Positions 27,591-38,674 of a DNA stretch of 64,000 nt are shown here, in pieces. The position numbers were made by a program, and so were the translations under genes. Each line of letters begins with the position of its first letter. The first letter of the stretch is position 1. The stretch is from contig JBBDSB010000695.1 in assembly GCA_040905205.1 (NCBI GenBank), positions 372 to 64,371 of the forward strand, given 5' to 3'. The DNA is from Cyclobacteriaceae bacterium. GTDB taxonomy: Bacteria > Bacteroidota > Bacteroidia > Cytophagales > Cyclobacteriaceae. Under the pieces are notes generated by a model. That model saw only the letters and a program-made list of their open reading frames with translations, was not told the DNA's origin and searched no databases.

Positions 27591-29900
27591 CTAAAAAGGA
27601 TACCCGATAGCAAAATTAAAAACCAGGTTTTCTCTTCTCCATTGGCTGTTTCTTACTTCAAAGGAATTATTCCACCTTTCACCTTCAGGAAGGTATGGTT
27701 TTCTTAAGGGCGTGGCCAAATCAAACCTGATCACGAAAAACTCCACATCTACCCGTAATCCAATTCCAGCACCCACGCCAAGCTGACTAAACCAGTCTGA
27801 GGTAAATTGACCTCCTGGCAAAGCCTCGTTTTCATTGACCAGCCAGACATTGCCTGCATCTGCAAAAACAGCCCCTTTCAAATAAGGAACAATGGGAAAC
27901 CGGTATTCCAGGTTTCCTTCAAGCCTAATATCACCAGCCTGATCGAAAAAACCTCCGATGCCTTCCTGATCTGACCGGTAAGTCCCAGGCCCGAGGGACC
28001 TGATGCGGAATGCCCTGATGCTATTGGGACCGCCGGAAAAAAACTGCTTTACAAAAGGTAAAGAATTCGAATTTCCATAGGGAAGTCCAAGACCACCAAA
28101 TAACCTGGTAGCCACTAAATTATCTTCAGAAAACCTCCAATAGTATCTGAAATCTATATCGGCTTTATAATATTGGGCATAATTAAATCCCAAAAACGTA
28201 TTGGGATTTTCAGAATTGACCAACTCATTTAGGCCGTTCAATCCGAAGCCTGCAAAATCCAGATTTGCGCCAAAAAAAATACTATGTGTTCGGTAGGTAT
28301 CCATTAATTTATTGAAGGCAAAACTATAAGTAACCCCAGCGATAAACTGCTCATCGAAACTTTGTCTCAAAAACGGATTGTTATCCAAAATCACTTCAAA
28401 TTCCTCGGTTGTATTGGAAAGGTGTACAAAATTTAAATTAATGGGATTGATTTCGTGATAAACAAAACGATTCGCATTCCAGAAATAACCATAAGAAGCG
28501 GACAGGGTGCTCAGCCGGTAAAGTTTGCTCCTGTCCTGAAACTCAGTCCCCAGACTGATTTTGGTCTTGGGTACCGAATAAGCAAAACGTTCACGGATTT
28601 TAATTGGAAAAACTACTCGTGGATAAATAAGGTCTCCTTTCAATCCCAAATCCAGTGAATTTAAACCTTCCCTTTGGCCACCTGCAATCTGGGTCTCATA
28701 GGCGAATTTTGCGGTCAGGTTAAACAACTCCCCACCTAAAAACAGGTTTCGGTTTTTATATGAAAGCAGTAAGGCCGGTCCGGCGAAATTATTTGATTTG
28801 GAAACCGCTTGCAATTCAGCCCGAAGCGATCTTTTATCCATGGGTGAAAGATAGATTTTCATATCCAGGGCGCCCATGCCATCCCTGATCAAACTGTCTT
28901 CCTCATACCTTATATTCACATACTGGTAATTGCCGATTCCTGATAGGCGATTGCTGGTCAATCTGGATTTTCTGCTGTCAAATTTTTCTCCTTTATCCAG
29001 CAAAATGTATTGTTCCATCAATTCAGGTTTAAATGCTTTTGTTTCCTGAATAAATTTAATCCCCCTTACTTCGGTAGTATCGGTCTTTTCTCCATAATTG
29101 TCTATGGAATAATTGGGGTAAACTTTGATGTCCTGGATTTCATAGGGAACGATTCCTTCCTCTGGTGTATTTTCTTTCAGCCTTAGAAACAAATCAAAAT
29201 GCTTTTCATCATATTGGTTGGTATCCGCTTCAAAAACCAAAAGATTGGGATTAAAATTATAAAAACCTCTTTTCTTCAAGGCCACATCCAACCTTTCCCT
29301 TTCTTCCTTTAAGAGGTTTAAATCAAATCGATCACCTTCCTCAATTTGGGTGGATTCCATTAAATCTCTGATTTCTTTGTCTATGGCCAGGCTATCATGA
29401 TCATATTGGTAGGTTTTTAAGGTATAAGGCGCTTTTAATAAAATCTCATAATCCACCGATGCATATTTATCCTCTTGGATCACCTCCGAACGGACTTCAG
29501 AAAAAAAATAGCCCTTATTTTCCAGTCTGTTATGAAGGATTTCCTCTGTCCGGGGAGGGCTGACTTCACTCAGATAAACCGGCTCTTCGCCAATTTTATT
29601 TTTTAAGAATCGGTTGATAAAACCGGGATTTTCCTTACTCCCCTTGTAATGAGCCCATAACCCAATTCTCATGCCCAAAATTTTGCGGTTAGGTTCCGGC
29701 CTTACCAGGTCTTCCATTTCCCCTCTAACTTCTTTTATTCCTCCAATGGGTTCATCCTTTTCTATATTTATCTCCCCTCCGGTGTACAAGAACTCGTCTT
29801 CCGGCATAAAGCGCTTCACACTACAACCTGCCACCAGGATACCTCCAAGCAAAATGAGGTGCCCTGGTATGAAAAAATTATGTATGCTAATAATCTTCAT
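27591..29900 (-). CDS. BamA/TamA-family outer membrane protein (Omp85)
   Basis: POTRA-like N-terminal region plus a C-terminal surface-antigen barrel ending ...NFAIGYPF. The start is set at MKIISIH (29900), giving a lipoprotein-like signal (VAGC). It overlaps the tamB stop by 14 nt. Confidence 0.8.
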   Translation of the reverse strand: MKIISIHNFFIPGHLILLGGILVAGCSVKRFMPEDEFLYTGGEINIEKDEPIGGIKEVRGEMEDLVRPEPNRKILGMRIGLWAHYKGSKENPGFINRFLKNKIGEEPVYLSEVSPPRTEEILHNRLENKGYFFSEVRSEVIQEDKYASVDYEILLKAPYTLKTYQYDHDSLAIDKEIRDLMESTQIEEGDRFDLNLLKEERERLDVALKKRGFYNFNPNLLVFEADTNQYDEKHFDLFLRLKENTPEEGIVPYEIQDIKVYPNYSIDNYGEKTDTTEVRGIKFIQETKAFKPELMEQYILLDKGEKFDSRKSRLTSNRLSGIGNYQYVNIRYEEDSLIRDGMGALDMKIYLSPMDKRSLRAELQAVSKSNNFAGPALLLSYKNRNLFLGGELFNLTAKFAYETQIAGGQREGLNSLDLGLKGDLIYPRVVFPIKIRERFAYSVPKTKISLGTEFQDRSKLYRLSTLSASYGYFWNANRFVYHEINPINLNFVHLSNTTEEFEVILDNNPFLRQSFDEQFIAGVTYSFAFNKLMDTYRTHSIFFGANLDFAGFGLNGLNELVNSENPNTFLGFNYAQYYKADIDFRYYWRFSEDNLVATRLFGGLGLPYGNSNSLPFVKQFFSGGPNSIRAFRIRSLGPGTYRSDQEGIGGFFDQAGDIRLEGNLEYRFPIVPYLKGAVFADAGNVWLVNENEALPGGQFTSDWFSQLGVGAGIGLRVDVEFFVIRFDLATPLRKPYLPEGERWNNSFEVRNSQWRRENLVFNFAIGYPF

Positions 29901-32900
29901 CCTCTTCACTTTCTTTTTTTGGTTGTCCTTCCTGGGTAGCCTCATTTTCATCATCATCCTCTGGTGGGCCACCATTTCTTTTGGTTTCAGTACCCCACCA
30001 TAATTCACGAAATCTATTGAAATCACGATTGAATATTAAAGATAAACCGGTCACTAAGAGCTGTCCATCAATAATACTTTCAAATTGGTTTTTCCGGAAT
30101 CCCCTTGCCCTATATCTGCCATTTTCGGTCAATAAGTATTCCACACTCACATTCCCCAGCATGCCACTACTTGATTCCTGAGCTTGGGAACTGCCTTCGA
30201 TATCAATCTGACTGCCCACTTGTACAATAAGTCGGTCGTCCATAAACCGTTTTTTGGCATTTACATTTAACTGGGTCCTGTCTTGGGGGCTGGCACCCTG
30301 GTAATCTCGGTAACTGTCCAAATCCAAATCCACTTCAAAGCCAGAGTTTCCCAGAAGATTGTCTGATAGGCTGTTGAGCTGTCCTGAAAGCATTTGGCTT
30401 ACGCTGGATTTGGCCATGGCGGTAGTTCCTCCTCCTCCCCCTTCGGCACCACTGTCGGGGAAAAACCTGTTCAACACCAATAATGAAAATACCTGTCTGT
30501 TCAATTCTCCTTCTTGGCCGTTGAGTTGTTGGATCTGGGAATATACTGTCCCCCCTATTGCACCTTTCTGTTCTTCGGGCATATCCAAACGGAAGGAAAT
30601 TTCAGGCCTTAAAAGTTCTCCATTCAAATCCAAAAACACCAAAAAAGGTAGTTCCTGCCTGTACTTGTTCATATTTTCCCTGCTGCCACCAGCCGCTGAC
30701 GCTGCCATTAATGCTGCGGCTGAGGTCTCCACCTGATAGATGGCAGTAAGATCCAAAGTGGCATCCATGGGATCACCACCCCAATTTAAAGTGCTTCCTT
30801 CTTCAAATTCAAACCTTCGGCTTACCACACCATATAAACTCATCTCATAGTGACCTTTTTCCACTTCATACCTGCCCGCAAGCGTCACCCTGCCATTGGG
30901 ATCCAGATTCAGTTTTAAATCCGCTTCTCCAGCTATCTGTAAATTATCTCCGGAACGCTCATCCACCACCACATTGAAAATGGCATCCGGGGAAACATCG
31001 AGCAATGCAGCCACTTTATACCCTGTAAATCCCGTGGCATTCCTATCACTCTCTCTTCGGGTGAGGATATCATCAGGATCTTCTCTGTTTACAAAACGGA
31101 CTACCCCTTGGCGTTCCACCACATCCAATTGGCTTTCCGGAACGATAAATGTAAGGTCAGTTCCACTGTTCACTCGGATTTTTGCATTAACCACCGGAAG
31201 GGTCAAATCTCCTTGAATTTTCACTGCTGCATCAATGTTTGCATCACCATAAAAAAGGTCATTATCCTCTCTGGAGGAACTCAAAACCTTAAAATCTGAG
31301 GCATCAAGTTGCAAATCAAATGTGGGATTGGTCAGCGAGGCAGTAAGAATTTCACCATCTATTCTAAAAGTATTATCATCCTGATCATTGATGGTGAAAT
31401 TATTTAGGTATACACCCTCATTATCCAGGTTGATCTCCTGCTCGGATAATTTGAATCTGGAATTCAAGGTGGCCAAAGTAAATTCAGTTTGATTGAATTG
31501 AAATGCCCCCTCGTAGATGGGATCTGCTGTGGTACCCTGTAAAGTAAAATGTCCAGAGATATTCCCCTCGGCATCACCGATTGCACCATCTGTAATCCCT
31601 TCAATGACTTCCAGGCGTACTTCATTTAAATCCAGGTCAAGGTTTAGGTTGGCACCTGCTGCATCTGCCACATATTCTCCCCCAAGATCCAGGTCAATTC
31701 CCCCATCTTTGAGTGCAAGATTGAAATCATAATCCCCTTCTCCTGCAGATTGGGCTTTTAAGGCAAGGTTTCCTGCCGGAGTTTCCAGGACATTCATTTC
31801 TTCCACTTGTATATTGGCGATGATCCCAGCCGCCCCGAAGGGATTTTCAAGGATGAATTCACCGTTTACCAAACCAGATGCAATGAGTTCATCGGGATTC
31901 AATAAACTTGTAATGGTGCTTAATCGAAATTCCCTGAAAACCACGCCAATGTGAGTAGCTTCAATTCCATCTATTGCATTGCTGAATGTGAGGGATTGGT
32001 TATTTCTGGTCAAATCAAAATTATTGAACTGAAGGTGTTTTTCCGCATATTGAATTTGGTTTTCTTCCGGAATTTCCCAATCCCGTTTGTTCAGCACCAC
32101 ATTTTCCGGGTCCAAATGAAGGAGGGTAGTGTCTCCCTCAAAAAGAAGGTCAAAGGCCACATGAACCAGGGTTTCTTCTCCATCCCTGGCATTAAAATCC
32201 ATATATAATTTTTGCTCCTCTACCTCCCCTGTAAAGTAAGTCCTGGCAAGCGATAAAGGACCCGTTTCCAGACTGACCAATCCAAAAGCAAAACCAAAAT
32301 TCTCTTCATCACTACTTACCCTTAACCCTAAGCTATCCACTTCCAATCCTGCATAGGCAATGAAGGGAAAATCTACATCTACGTTCAGATCATGTTTAGA
32401 TTCAGAAAAACCGATCATTATTTTGGCTGGATCCAATTGATTCAGGTCGGGCAATAAAACCTGATCCAGTAAGGCAGATGATTGAAGGTCCAAATCCACC
32501 CTCAATTCCACGGGCTCAAAATTGTCATCCTCCACGTCGGAATTATTTTCGAAGTATCGCTTAAAATGCCTGTCAAGACCCTGGAAGGTTGCATTAGGAG
32601 TGGAATTTGAAGCCAAAAGAGCATTAATAATAGCGCTTTTCAATTGCATTCCCGTGGAATCCGGACGAATATCCAACTGTAAGTTAAATTCACCGATGGG
32701 ATATGCCCTTTCTTCAAATACGATCATCCCTTCCCGGATTTCACTGTCCATCCTAAAATCCTCTGGGGTGCCCTCCCAATCCAGCATCATTTCAAAACTG
32801 GCCCTGATATCTTCCGGGATCAAGTTTAGCGCCTGAAGATCTGCGCCTTTTAAATTTATCTCCGCTTGAACCTTGGAATTTACCGTGTCCAATGCGATCT

Positions 32901-34965
32901 GAGCCACTAAATTTACATCCAGATTATCATCCTGAAAAAACAACTCTACCGCACCCTCCCCATTCTTTAAATCACCAGTTAATTCCAGACCAGCGTAATC
33001 ATAATCATACAGTTCCAATTTTCTAAAATCAGAAACCAAGCTGGCGTTGAGATCTGACATCCCCTTTCCTTTACCGGAGCTTTCCAAATGAAATGATACT
33101 GTCCCTAAATCAGGGTTTTGAAGCATCTTTCCCAAAGGCAGTCCATCTATATCCAGGTCCAAATTAAATTCAAGAAGTTCTGTTTGTCGAAAATCACCTT
33201 TCATATTGATTTGTGCTTCGGAAAGGTCGATCTCGGCGCTGGCTGTAAGGGCATTTAAGTTTCCCTGAGATTGTACAACACCATTTATTTCATCGGGTAA
33301 TTTTATACCCAGATCATTCTCGGAGACAAATGCCAAAACATCATTTCGGGTGGTGGTAAATTCAAAAGTATCTATGTTCCAATTTAAGGCTTCGGGATCA
33401 GACAAATTACTCATTTTACCCAATAATTTTATCTCTGTAGCATTGCCCCAATTGACTTGTATGTCTTTCAGATTCAATTCAGCCATTGTCCCCTGGGCCT
33501 GTATACGGGCAAACAGGGGTTTTTCAGCCAGGGCTTCCATATAGCTGTTTTCTTTTAATTCAGGGGAGAAATAAAAAGCATCACCGATACCGATATTCAA
33601 TTCCGGGAAGTTTAAACTGAAATTAACCCTTTCAGGACGATCTATTAATGCCTGGATTTCCGAATAATCTAATTGCAAACCTCCCTTCAATTTGCTTGCT
33701 CCGGTTTCCAATACCAGGTCCTGGATTTCAGCTGTATTGTTATCAAGGGAAAAAGAATAGGAAAATTGATTTAATCTAAAGCCTGATGCCTCCCCAAAAG
33801 AAAGTTGGTCCAAATTCATTCCTGCTTTTTGTTCTTTCAGAAATAAATTTCTAACCTCAAAGTCAAAATCATTCAATGCAATGGCATTAGGGTTGAAAAC
33901 TCCCCGCTTAGGCATCTCATCACGACTTGTCAGCAAGATGCGATTATTTTCCATTTTGATCAATCCCACTTCCATTATCCAGTCCGGCCAGGAAAACGGT
34001 GCCGGGGTTGAACGCTCTTCAGGCTCCTCCTGATTAGAGGCATCTACTGCATTGGAGCGATATATCATCTCCGAATCATTTAACATAACCTCCCTAACCA
34101 AAATTTTCTGGTTTTTCAAATCTGCTTCTGGAAGGTTAAGAAAAAAGCTGCCCAAAGAAATTTCCGAATTGATTCCATCCGGGACTGATTGATAATTGGC
34201 TTTAACCTGTTCAATAGTTAAATCATCTATCAACAACAAGGGCATAACCGACTCCGTGGTATCCGTATCTGAAGGGGGAAAAGGTTTGGTTTGAAGGTAA
34301 TCTAACTCAGAATCAGCAAAATGAAAACGTTTAACATGGAATTCCATGCTGTCAAGATCTATATTACCCAAATCTACATCCAATGCCCCTAATCGAAATT
34401 TGGCATCCAAACCCATCATTCGATCTTCATATTCCAGCTTAAACCCGGATAACCTGATCGGACCAATAGAAATTTCAGGCATACCCGCTGACGCTGCTTG
34501 AGAAGTGGAATCACTTTTGGTCTGCTCATTGCTCTCATTATTCCCCGAAGCAAAAGCTTCCATTAAAAAATCGAAATTAAATTTTCCATCTTCGCCGCGT
34601 TCTATATGGGCAACCAGTCCTTCCCATTCCACTCTTGCAACATCTATTTTCCCTCTAAGAATAAGGGGTAAAGGATTGATACCGGTTTCAAGATTTTTGG
34701 AGTAAATTAAGGTATCTCCCTTTTGATCTTCCAAATAAAGGTCCTCGATATAAATATTTCCACGGAAAGTAATAAATAACCGTTTTATGGAAACTGTAGA
34801 TTGTGTATTATTGGCCACATACGATGTTGCTTTTTGGATAATCAGGTCCTGGCCCCAGGGACTTCGGATACAAACCAATAGCAATATTACCAGTGTAAGG
34901 ACAGCCAAAAGCACCCAGCCCATTATCTTAAAAATTTTACGGATGATATGTTTTATTTTGGTCAA
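29887..34965 (-). CDS. tamB: translocation and assembly module protein TamB (AsmA-like, DUF490 C-terminus)
   Basis: 1692 aa with an N-terminal TM anchor, a long beta-rich repeat body and a DUF490-like C-terminus (NVSVEYLLTENGRYRARGFR...). It is paired with the Omp85 gene downstream. Confidence 0.8.
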   Translation of the reverse strand: MTKIKHIIRKIFKIMGWVLLAVLTLVILLLVCIRSPWGQDLIIQKATSYVANNTQSTVSIKRLFITFRGNIYIEDLYLEDQKGDTLIYSKNLETGINPLPLILRGKIDVARVEWEGLVAHIERGEDGKFNFDFLMEAFASGNNESNEQTKSDSTSQAASAGMPEISIGPIRLSGFKLEYEDRMMGLDAKFRLGALDVDLGNIDLDSMEFHVKRFHFADSELDYLQTKPFPPSDTDTTESVMPLLLIDDLTIEQVKANYQSVPDGINSEISLGSFFLNLPEADLKNQKILVREVMLNDSEMIYRSNAVDASNQEEPEERSTPAPFSWPDWIMEVGLIKMENNRILLTSRDEMPKRGVFNPNAIALNDFDFEVRNLFLKEQKAGMNLDQLSFGEASGFRLNQFSYSFSLDNNTAEIQDLVLETGASKLKGGLQLDYSEIQALIDRPERVNFSLNFPELNIGIGDAFYFSPELKENSYMEALAEKPLFARIQAQGTMAELNLKDIQVNWGNATEIKLLGKMSNLSDPEALNWNIDTFEFTTTRNDVLAFVSENDLGIKLPDEINGVVQSQGNLNALTASAEIDLSEAQINMKGDFRQTELLEFNLDLDIDGLPLGKMLQNPDLGTVSFHLESSGKGKGMSDLNASLVSDFRKLELYDYDYAGLELTGDLKNGEGAVELFFQDDNLDVNLVAQIALDTVNSKVQAEINLKGADLQALNLIPEDIRASFEMMLDWEGTPEDFRMDSEIREGMIVFEERAYPIGEFNLQLDIRPDSTGMQLKSAIINALLASNSTPNATFQGLDRHFKRYFENNSDVEDDNFEPVELRVDLDLQSSALLDQVLLPDLNQLDPAKIMIGFSESKHDLNVDVDFPFIAYAGLEVDSLGLRVSSDEENFGFAFGLVSLETGPLSLARTYFTGEVEEQKLYMDFNARDGEETLVHVAFDLLFEGDTTLLHLDPENVVLNKRDWEIPEENQIQYAEKHLQFNNFDLTRNNQSLTFSNAIDGIEATHIGVVFREFRLSTITSLLNPDELIASGLVNGEFILENPFGAAGIIANIQVEEMNVLETPAGNLALKAQSAGEGDYDFNLALKDGGIDLDLGGEYVADAAGANLNLDLDLNEVRLEVIEGITDGAIGDAEGNISGHFTLQGTTADPIYEGAFQFNQTEFTLATLNSRFKLSEQEINLDNEGVYLNNFTINDQDDNTFRIDGEILTASLTNPTFDLQLDASDFKVLSSSREDNDLFYGDANIDAAVKIQGDLTLPVVNAKIRVNSGTDLTFIVPESQLDVVERQGVVRFVNREDPDDILTRRESDRNATGFTGYKVAALLDVSPDAIFNVVVDERSGDNLQIAGEADLKLNLDPNGRVTLAGRYEVEKGHYEMSLYGVVSRRFEFEEGSTLNWGGDPMDATLDLTAIYQVETSAAALMAASAAGGSRENMNKYRQELPFLVFLDLNGELLRPEISFRLDMPEEQKGAIGGTVYSQIQQLNGQEGELNRQVFSLLVLNRFFPDSGAEGGGGGTTAMAKSSVSQMLSGQLNSLSDNLLGNSGFEVDLDLDSYRDYQGASPQDRTQLNVNAKKRFMDDRLIVQVGSQIDIEGSSQAQESSSGMLGNVSVEYLLTENGRYRARGFRKNQFESIIDGQLLVTGLSLIFNRDFNRFRELWWGTETKRNGGPPEDDDENEATQEGQPKKESEEDEDY

Positions 34966-35044
34966 TGGAGTATTGGCAGTTTGTTGGCAGTATTATAAAG
35001 ATTCAAAATCCCTGTTTCACGAGGGCACTATTTTTTAGGGGATA

Positions 35045-35073
35045 ACGAAAAAAGTGGACCAAAGGTCCACTTT
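35045..35073 (-). terminator. orphan terminator-like hairpin in the tamB/miaB divergent spacer
   Basis: AAAGTGGACC-aaa-GGTCCACTTT, a perfect 10-bp stem. On the minus strand it is followed by UUUUUUCG. No annotated minus-strand gene ends here. Confidence 0.4.
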
Positions 35074-35283
35074 CAAATTATTAATCAAAAACAATACCAG
35101 AACTTACGGCAATGGTAGGCGATTTGCAATTAGAAAATGGACCTCTTTTTTGGGTGTGAATAAAATCAACGAATTTCTTGGGGTTTTCCACAAAAAAACC
35201 GGGGTATTATCAAACTATTCAATCACCCTTCACAAATCGCATATTAAATAGGGGAATAACCTGTCAATTTGTCTGTATTTTAT

Positions 35284-35291
35284 TAAATTTG
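35284..35291 (+). promoter_or_regulatory. -7 box TAaaTTTG upstream of miaB
   Basis: TAAATTTG lies 20 nt upstream of the miaB ATG. Confidence 0.4.
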
Positions 35292-35311
35292 CGGACTGAA
35301 AAGGCAGAGCC

Positions 35312-36772
35312 ATGGAAAATATAATTAAGGATATCAATATCATCAATAAAGAGGAAAACCAACAGTGTGAGGTGAAAGTCACATCGGAGGATAATACAGG
35401 ACAAGGCAAAAAGCTTTATATAGAAAGCTATGGCTGTCAAATGAATTTTTCGGACAGTGAAATTGTGGCGTCCATCATGAAGCAAAACGGTTTTGACACC
35501 ACTTCAGCGTACCATCAGGCTGATGTAATTTTCTTGAATACCTGTTCTATTAGGGACAAGGCCGAACAGACTGTAAGAAAAAGACTCAGCCAATTTAACC
35601 AATTAAAATCCCAAAAACCAGGGTTGACCATTGGGGTGTTGGGTTGTATGGCTGAGCGGTTAAAGGACAAACTGCTGGAAGAGGAAAAATTAGTAGACCT
35701 GGTAGTCGGGCCCGATGCCTACAGGGATCTGCCCCTGTTGGTATTACAGGCAGAAGATGGCAATAAAGGAGTAAACACCTTTTTGTCAAGAGAAGAAACC
35801 TATGCTGATATTTCTCCCGTAAGGTTAAATTCCAATGGAGTGAGTGCTTTTATCTCTATCATGAGAGGCTGCGATAATATGTGTTCTTTTTGTGTTGTTC
35901 CCTTTACCAGAGGGAGGGAAAGAAGCAGGGATCCTCATTCGGTTGTAAAAGAAGCAGGGGAGCTTTTTAATAATGGTTTCAAGGAAGTGATCCTTTTGGG
36001 ACAGAATGTAGACAGCTATAAATGGTCCACTGAGGAAAACAATAAAGCCAGACTGAATAAGAAAAGTGAAATTGCCCATGATGTGGTGCATTTCTCTGAT
36101 CTATTGGAAATGGTGGCTAAAATTCACCCGGAATTAAGGGTCCGATTTTCCACTTCCCATCCCAAGGACATCACCGATGAGGTGTTATATACCATGAAAA
36201 AGTATGAAAACATCTGCAAATACATTCACCTCCCGGTCCAAAGTGGAAGTTCAAGAGTTCTGGAACTGATGAACAGGACCTATGACAGGGAATGGTATTT
36301 GGAAAGAGTTTATAAAATAAGGGAGATCTTGGGTGATGATTGTGGGATTTCTTCAGATATGATTGCCGGATTCTGTACAGAAACCGAGGAGGAACACAAG
36401 GACACCTTAAGTATGATGGAGTTGGTCCAATATGATTTCTCCTACATGTTTTATTATTCGGAAAGGCCTGGCACCTTGGCTGCCAAAAAATATGAGGATG
36501 ACATCCCATTGGCCATCAAAAAGCAAAGGCTTCAGGAAATTATTGAAAAACAAAATCAACTGTCTCTGATCAGGAACAGGAAGGAAATTGGCAAAATTCA
36601 GGAAATATTGATAGAAGGATTTTCCAAAAGGTCCAATGAGCAGCTGAAAGGCAGGAATTCGGCCAATAAAGTAGTCATTGTACCTGCAAGCGTACACAAA
36701 AAAGGAGATTATGTGAAAGTGGAAATCACAGATTGTTCCTCAGCCACCTTATTTGGCCAACCAATAATATGA
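35312..36772 (+). CDS. miaB: tRNA-i6A37 methylthiotransferase
   Basis: 486 aa. UPF0004 Cys triad region (YGCQMN...NTCSIR), radical-SAM CDNMCSFC, and a TRAM C-terminus. Confidence 0.9.
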   Translation: MENIIKDINIINKEENQQCEVKVTSEDNTGQGKKLYIESYGCQMNFSDSEIVASIMKQNGFDTTSAYHQADVIFLNTCSIRDKAEQTVRKRLSQFNQLKSQKPGLTIGVLGCMAERLKDKLLEEEKLVDLVVGPDAYRDLPLLVLQAEDGNKGVNTFLSREETYADISPVRLNSNGVSAFISIMRGCDNMCSFCVVPFTRGRERSRDPHSVVKEAGELFNNGFKEVILLGQNVDSYKWSTEENNKARLNKKSEIAHDVVHFSDLLEMVAKIHPELRVRFSTSHPKDITDEVLYTMKKYENICKYIHLPVQSGSSRVLELMNRTYDREWYLERVYKIREILGDDCGISSDMIAGFCTETEEEHKDTLSMMELVQYDFSYMFYYSERPGTLAAKKYEDDIPLAIKKQRLQEIIEKQNQLSLIRNRKEIGKIQEILIEGFSKRSNEQLKGRNSANKVVIVPASVHKKGDYVKVEITDCSSATLFGQPII

Positions 36773-36788
36773 TTTTTAGGAAAAACAC

Positions 36789-38102
36789 ATGATTAATATC
36801 AGCGATTCAGAAATATTAAGCATAAAACAACGGTTTGGGATCATTGGCAATAGCCCCTTGTTGAATCATGCTATCCAAGTGGCCATGCAGGCTGCCCCAA
36901 CCGAAATGACAGTGCTCATCACCGGGGAAAGCGGTAGCGGGAAAGAATCTTTCTCCAAGATCATCCATGCCCTAAGCCGAAGGAAACATGGGAAATTTAT
37001 TGCTGTCAATTGTGGTGCCATCCCGGAAGGAACCATAGATTCGGAGCTTTTTGGCCATGAAAAAGGATCCTTTACGGGAGCTCATGAAGCGCGAAAAGGT
37101 TATTTTGAAGTCACAGATGGAGGTTCCTTTTTTTTGGACGAAATTGCAGAAATGCCCCTGGGAACACAGGCAAGGTTGCTGCGGGTGCTGGAAAACGGGG
37201 AGTTCATTAAGGTAGGATCTTCCAAGGTTTTGAAAACAGATGTCAGGGTAATTGCAGCAACCAATGTAAATTTGCTGAAGGCCGTAGAAAAAGGAAAATT
37301 CAGAGAAGACCTCTATTACAGGATGAATACGATCCCTATCTTCGTCCCCCCATTACGTCAAAGAGGGGACGATTTGGTTTTACTTTTCAGAAAATTCACT
37401 TTGGATTTTTCAGAAAGATACCAGGTAGCTCCCATCTCTCTCACCGATGATGCTAAAATACTTCTGACCAAATTCCCCTTTCCGGGTAATATCAGACAGT
37501 TGAAAAATTTAGCTGAACAAATTTCGTTATTGGAATATGAAAGGGAGGTAGATGCCGAAACATTAGGAAAATACCTTCCAAAAACACCAAGTTCGCTTCC
37601 AGTGTCTTTATCCGGAGAAAAATCCGGGCATGATAGCAGTGATTATACAGAAAGAGAAATATTATATAAAGTGCTTTTCGACATGAAAAAGGACATGACG
37701 GAATTGAAGAAGTTGATTCTGGAGACGTATCAATCAGGCGGGTTGAACCAAAACATCATGAAAAAGCACCAAAATTTATTCAATGACATGGAGTCTTCCA
37801 AAAATTTTGAAGATCCTCAAAAAACCACCGGTAACCTACCTTTAATGTTGGAAACCATGTCCGAAAAAAGGGATTATACAGAAGAAACCGACAACAAAAA
37901 ACACCTTTATGAAGAAGATGTAATCGAGGACATTATACATGAAGAGGATGATAATTCCCTTTCTCTGGAAAAGAAAGAAAAAGAAATGATCATGAAAGCC
38001 TTGAAAAAACATCATAATAAAAGAAAATATGCAGCCGTGGATCTGGGAATTTCTGAGCGGACCCTTTACCGAAAAATCAAACAGTATGACCTCTCTGAAT
38101 AG
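36789..38102 (+). CDS. sigma-54-dependent transcriptional activator without N-terminal sensory domain
   Basis: The AAA+ sigma54-interaction domain begins at about residue 17 (GNSPLL...VLITGESGSGKE). GSFTGA replaces GAFTGA. C-terminal Fis-type HTH (AAVDLGISERTLYRKIKQY). Confidence 0.85.
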   Translation: MINISDSEILSIKQRFGIIGNSPLLNHAIQVAMQAAPTEMTVLITGESGSGKESFSKIIHALSRRKHGKFIAVNCGAIPEGTIDSELFGHEKGSFTGAHEARKGYFEVTDGGSFFLDEIAEMPLGTQARLLRVLENGEFIKVGSSKVLKTDVRVIAATNVNLLKAVEKGKFREDLYYRMNTIPIFVPPLRQRGDDLVLLFRKFTLDFSERYQVAPISLTDDAKILLTKFPFPGNIRQLKNLAEQISLLEYEREVDAETLGKYLPKTPSSLPVSLSGEKSGHDSSDYTEREILYKVLFDMKKDMTELKKLILETYQSGGLNQNIMKKHQNLFNDMESSKNFEDPQKTTGNLPLMLETMSEKRDYTEETDNKKHLYEEDVIEDIIHEEDDNSLSLEKKEKEMIMKALKKHHNKRKYAAVDLGISERTLYRKIKQYDLSE

Positions 38103-38631
38103 GCTTTTTCAAAGATGTGGCTGTTTCTTGTTTTTATTCCTAATGGCAGGAGCCTGCAAGGTTGAATACAGTTTTACAGGAACCACCCTGGATTACAATG
38201 TTACCCAGACTTTTTCCGTAGATAACTTTTTCAACGATTCAGGCGGGGGGCCATCAAATATGGGACAGCTTTTCACCGAGGACCTCAAAGACTATTTTCA
38301 AAGAAATACCCAACTGGAACTGATTCAAAATAGTGGTGACCTGCAATTTTCAGGTGCCATTACCCGTTATGTTATCAGTCCTCAGGCAACGGTTTCCAAT
38401 CCAAACAGTAATCAACCTGACAGGGCCGGTCAAATGAGGATTACCATTGGTGTGGAAGTTGACTTTGTCAATTTGGCCGATGAAGAGCAAAACACAAAAA
38501 GCACTTTTTCCTTTTTCCAGGATTATGACCCAAGAACCACTACCCTGCTGCAGGTGGAAAGTGAGCTTGTCGAAGTGATATTCGAAAATATCATCCAGGA
38601 TGTTTTCACCTCTACTGTGGCTAATTGGTGA
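38086..38631 (+). CDS. lptE: LptE-family LPS-assembly lipoprotein
   Basis: Start at MTSLNRLF... with lipobox LMAGAC, then KVEYSFTG as in Bacteroidota LptE-family proteins. Its position between the bEBP and secG fits the conserved synteny. It overlaps the bEBP gene by 17 nt. Confidence 0.6.
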   Translation: MTSLNRLFQRCGCFLFLFLMAGACKVEYSFTGTTLDYNVTQTFSVDNFFNDSGGGPSNMGQLFTEDLKDYFQRNTQLELIQNSGDLQFSGAITRYVISPQATVSNPNSNQPDRAGQMRITIGVEVDFVNLADEEQNTKSTFSFFQDYDPRTTTLLQVESELVEVIFENIIQDVFTSTVANW

Positions 38632-38674
38632 AAATTGCTAATTTTACAAGAATTAAACCTTAAAATAAAAAGAT

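Noticed and set aside
29901-30026. 42-codon N-terminal extension of the Omp85 gene
   Set aside because: It lies inside the tamB coding region. The ATG at 29900 yields a proper signal/lipobox sequence.
38029-38085. 19-codon N-terminal extension of lptE
   Set aside because: It lies inside the HTH-coding end of the bEBP gene. The ATG at 38086 gives a typical lipoprotein signal.
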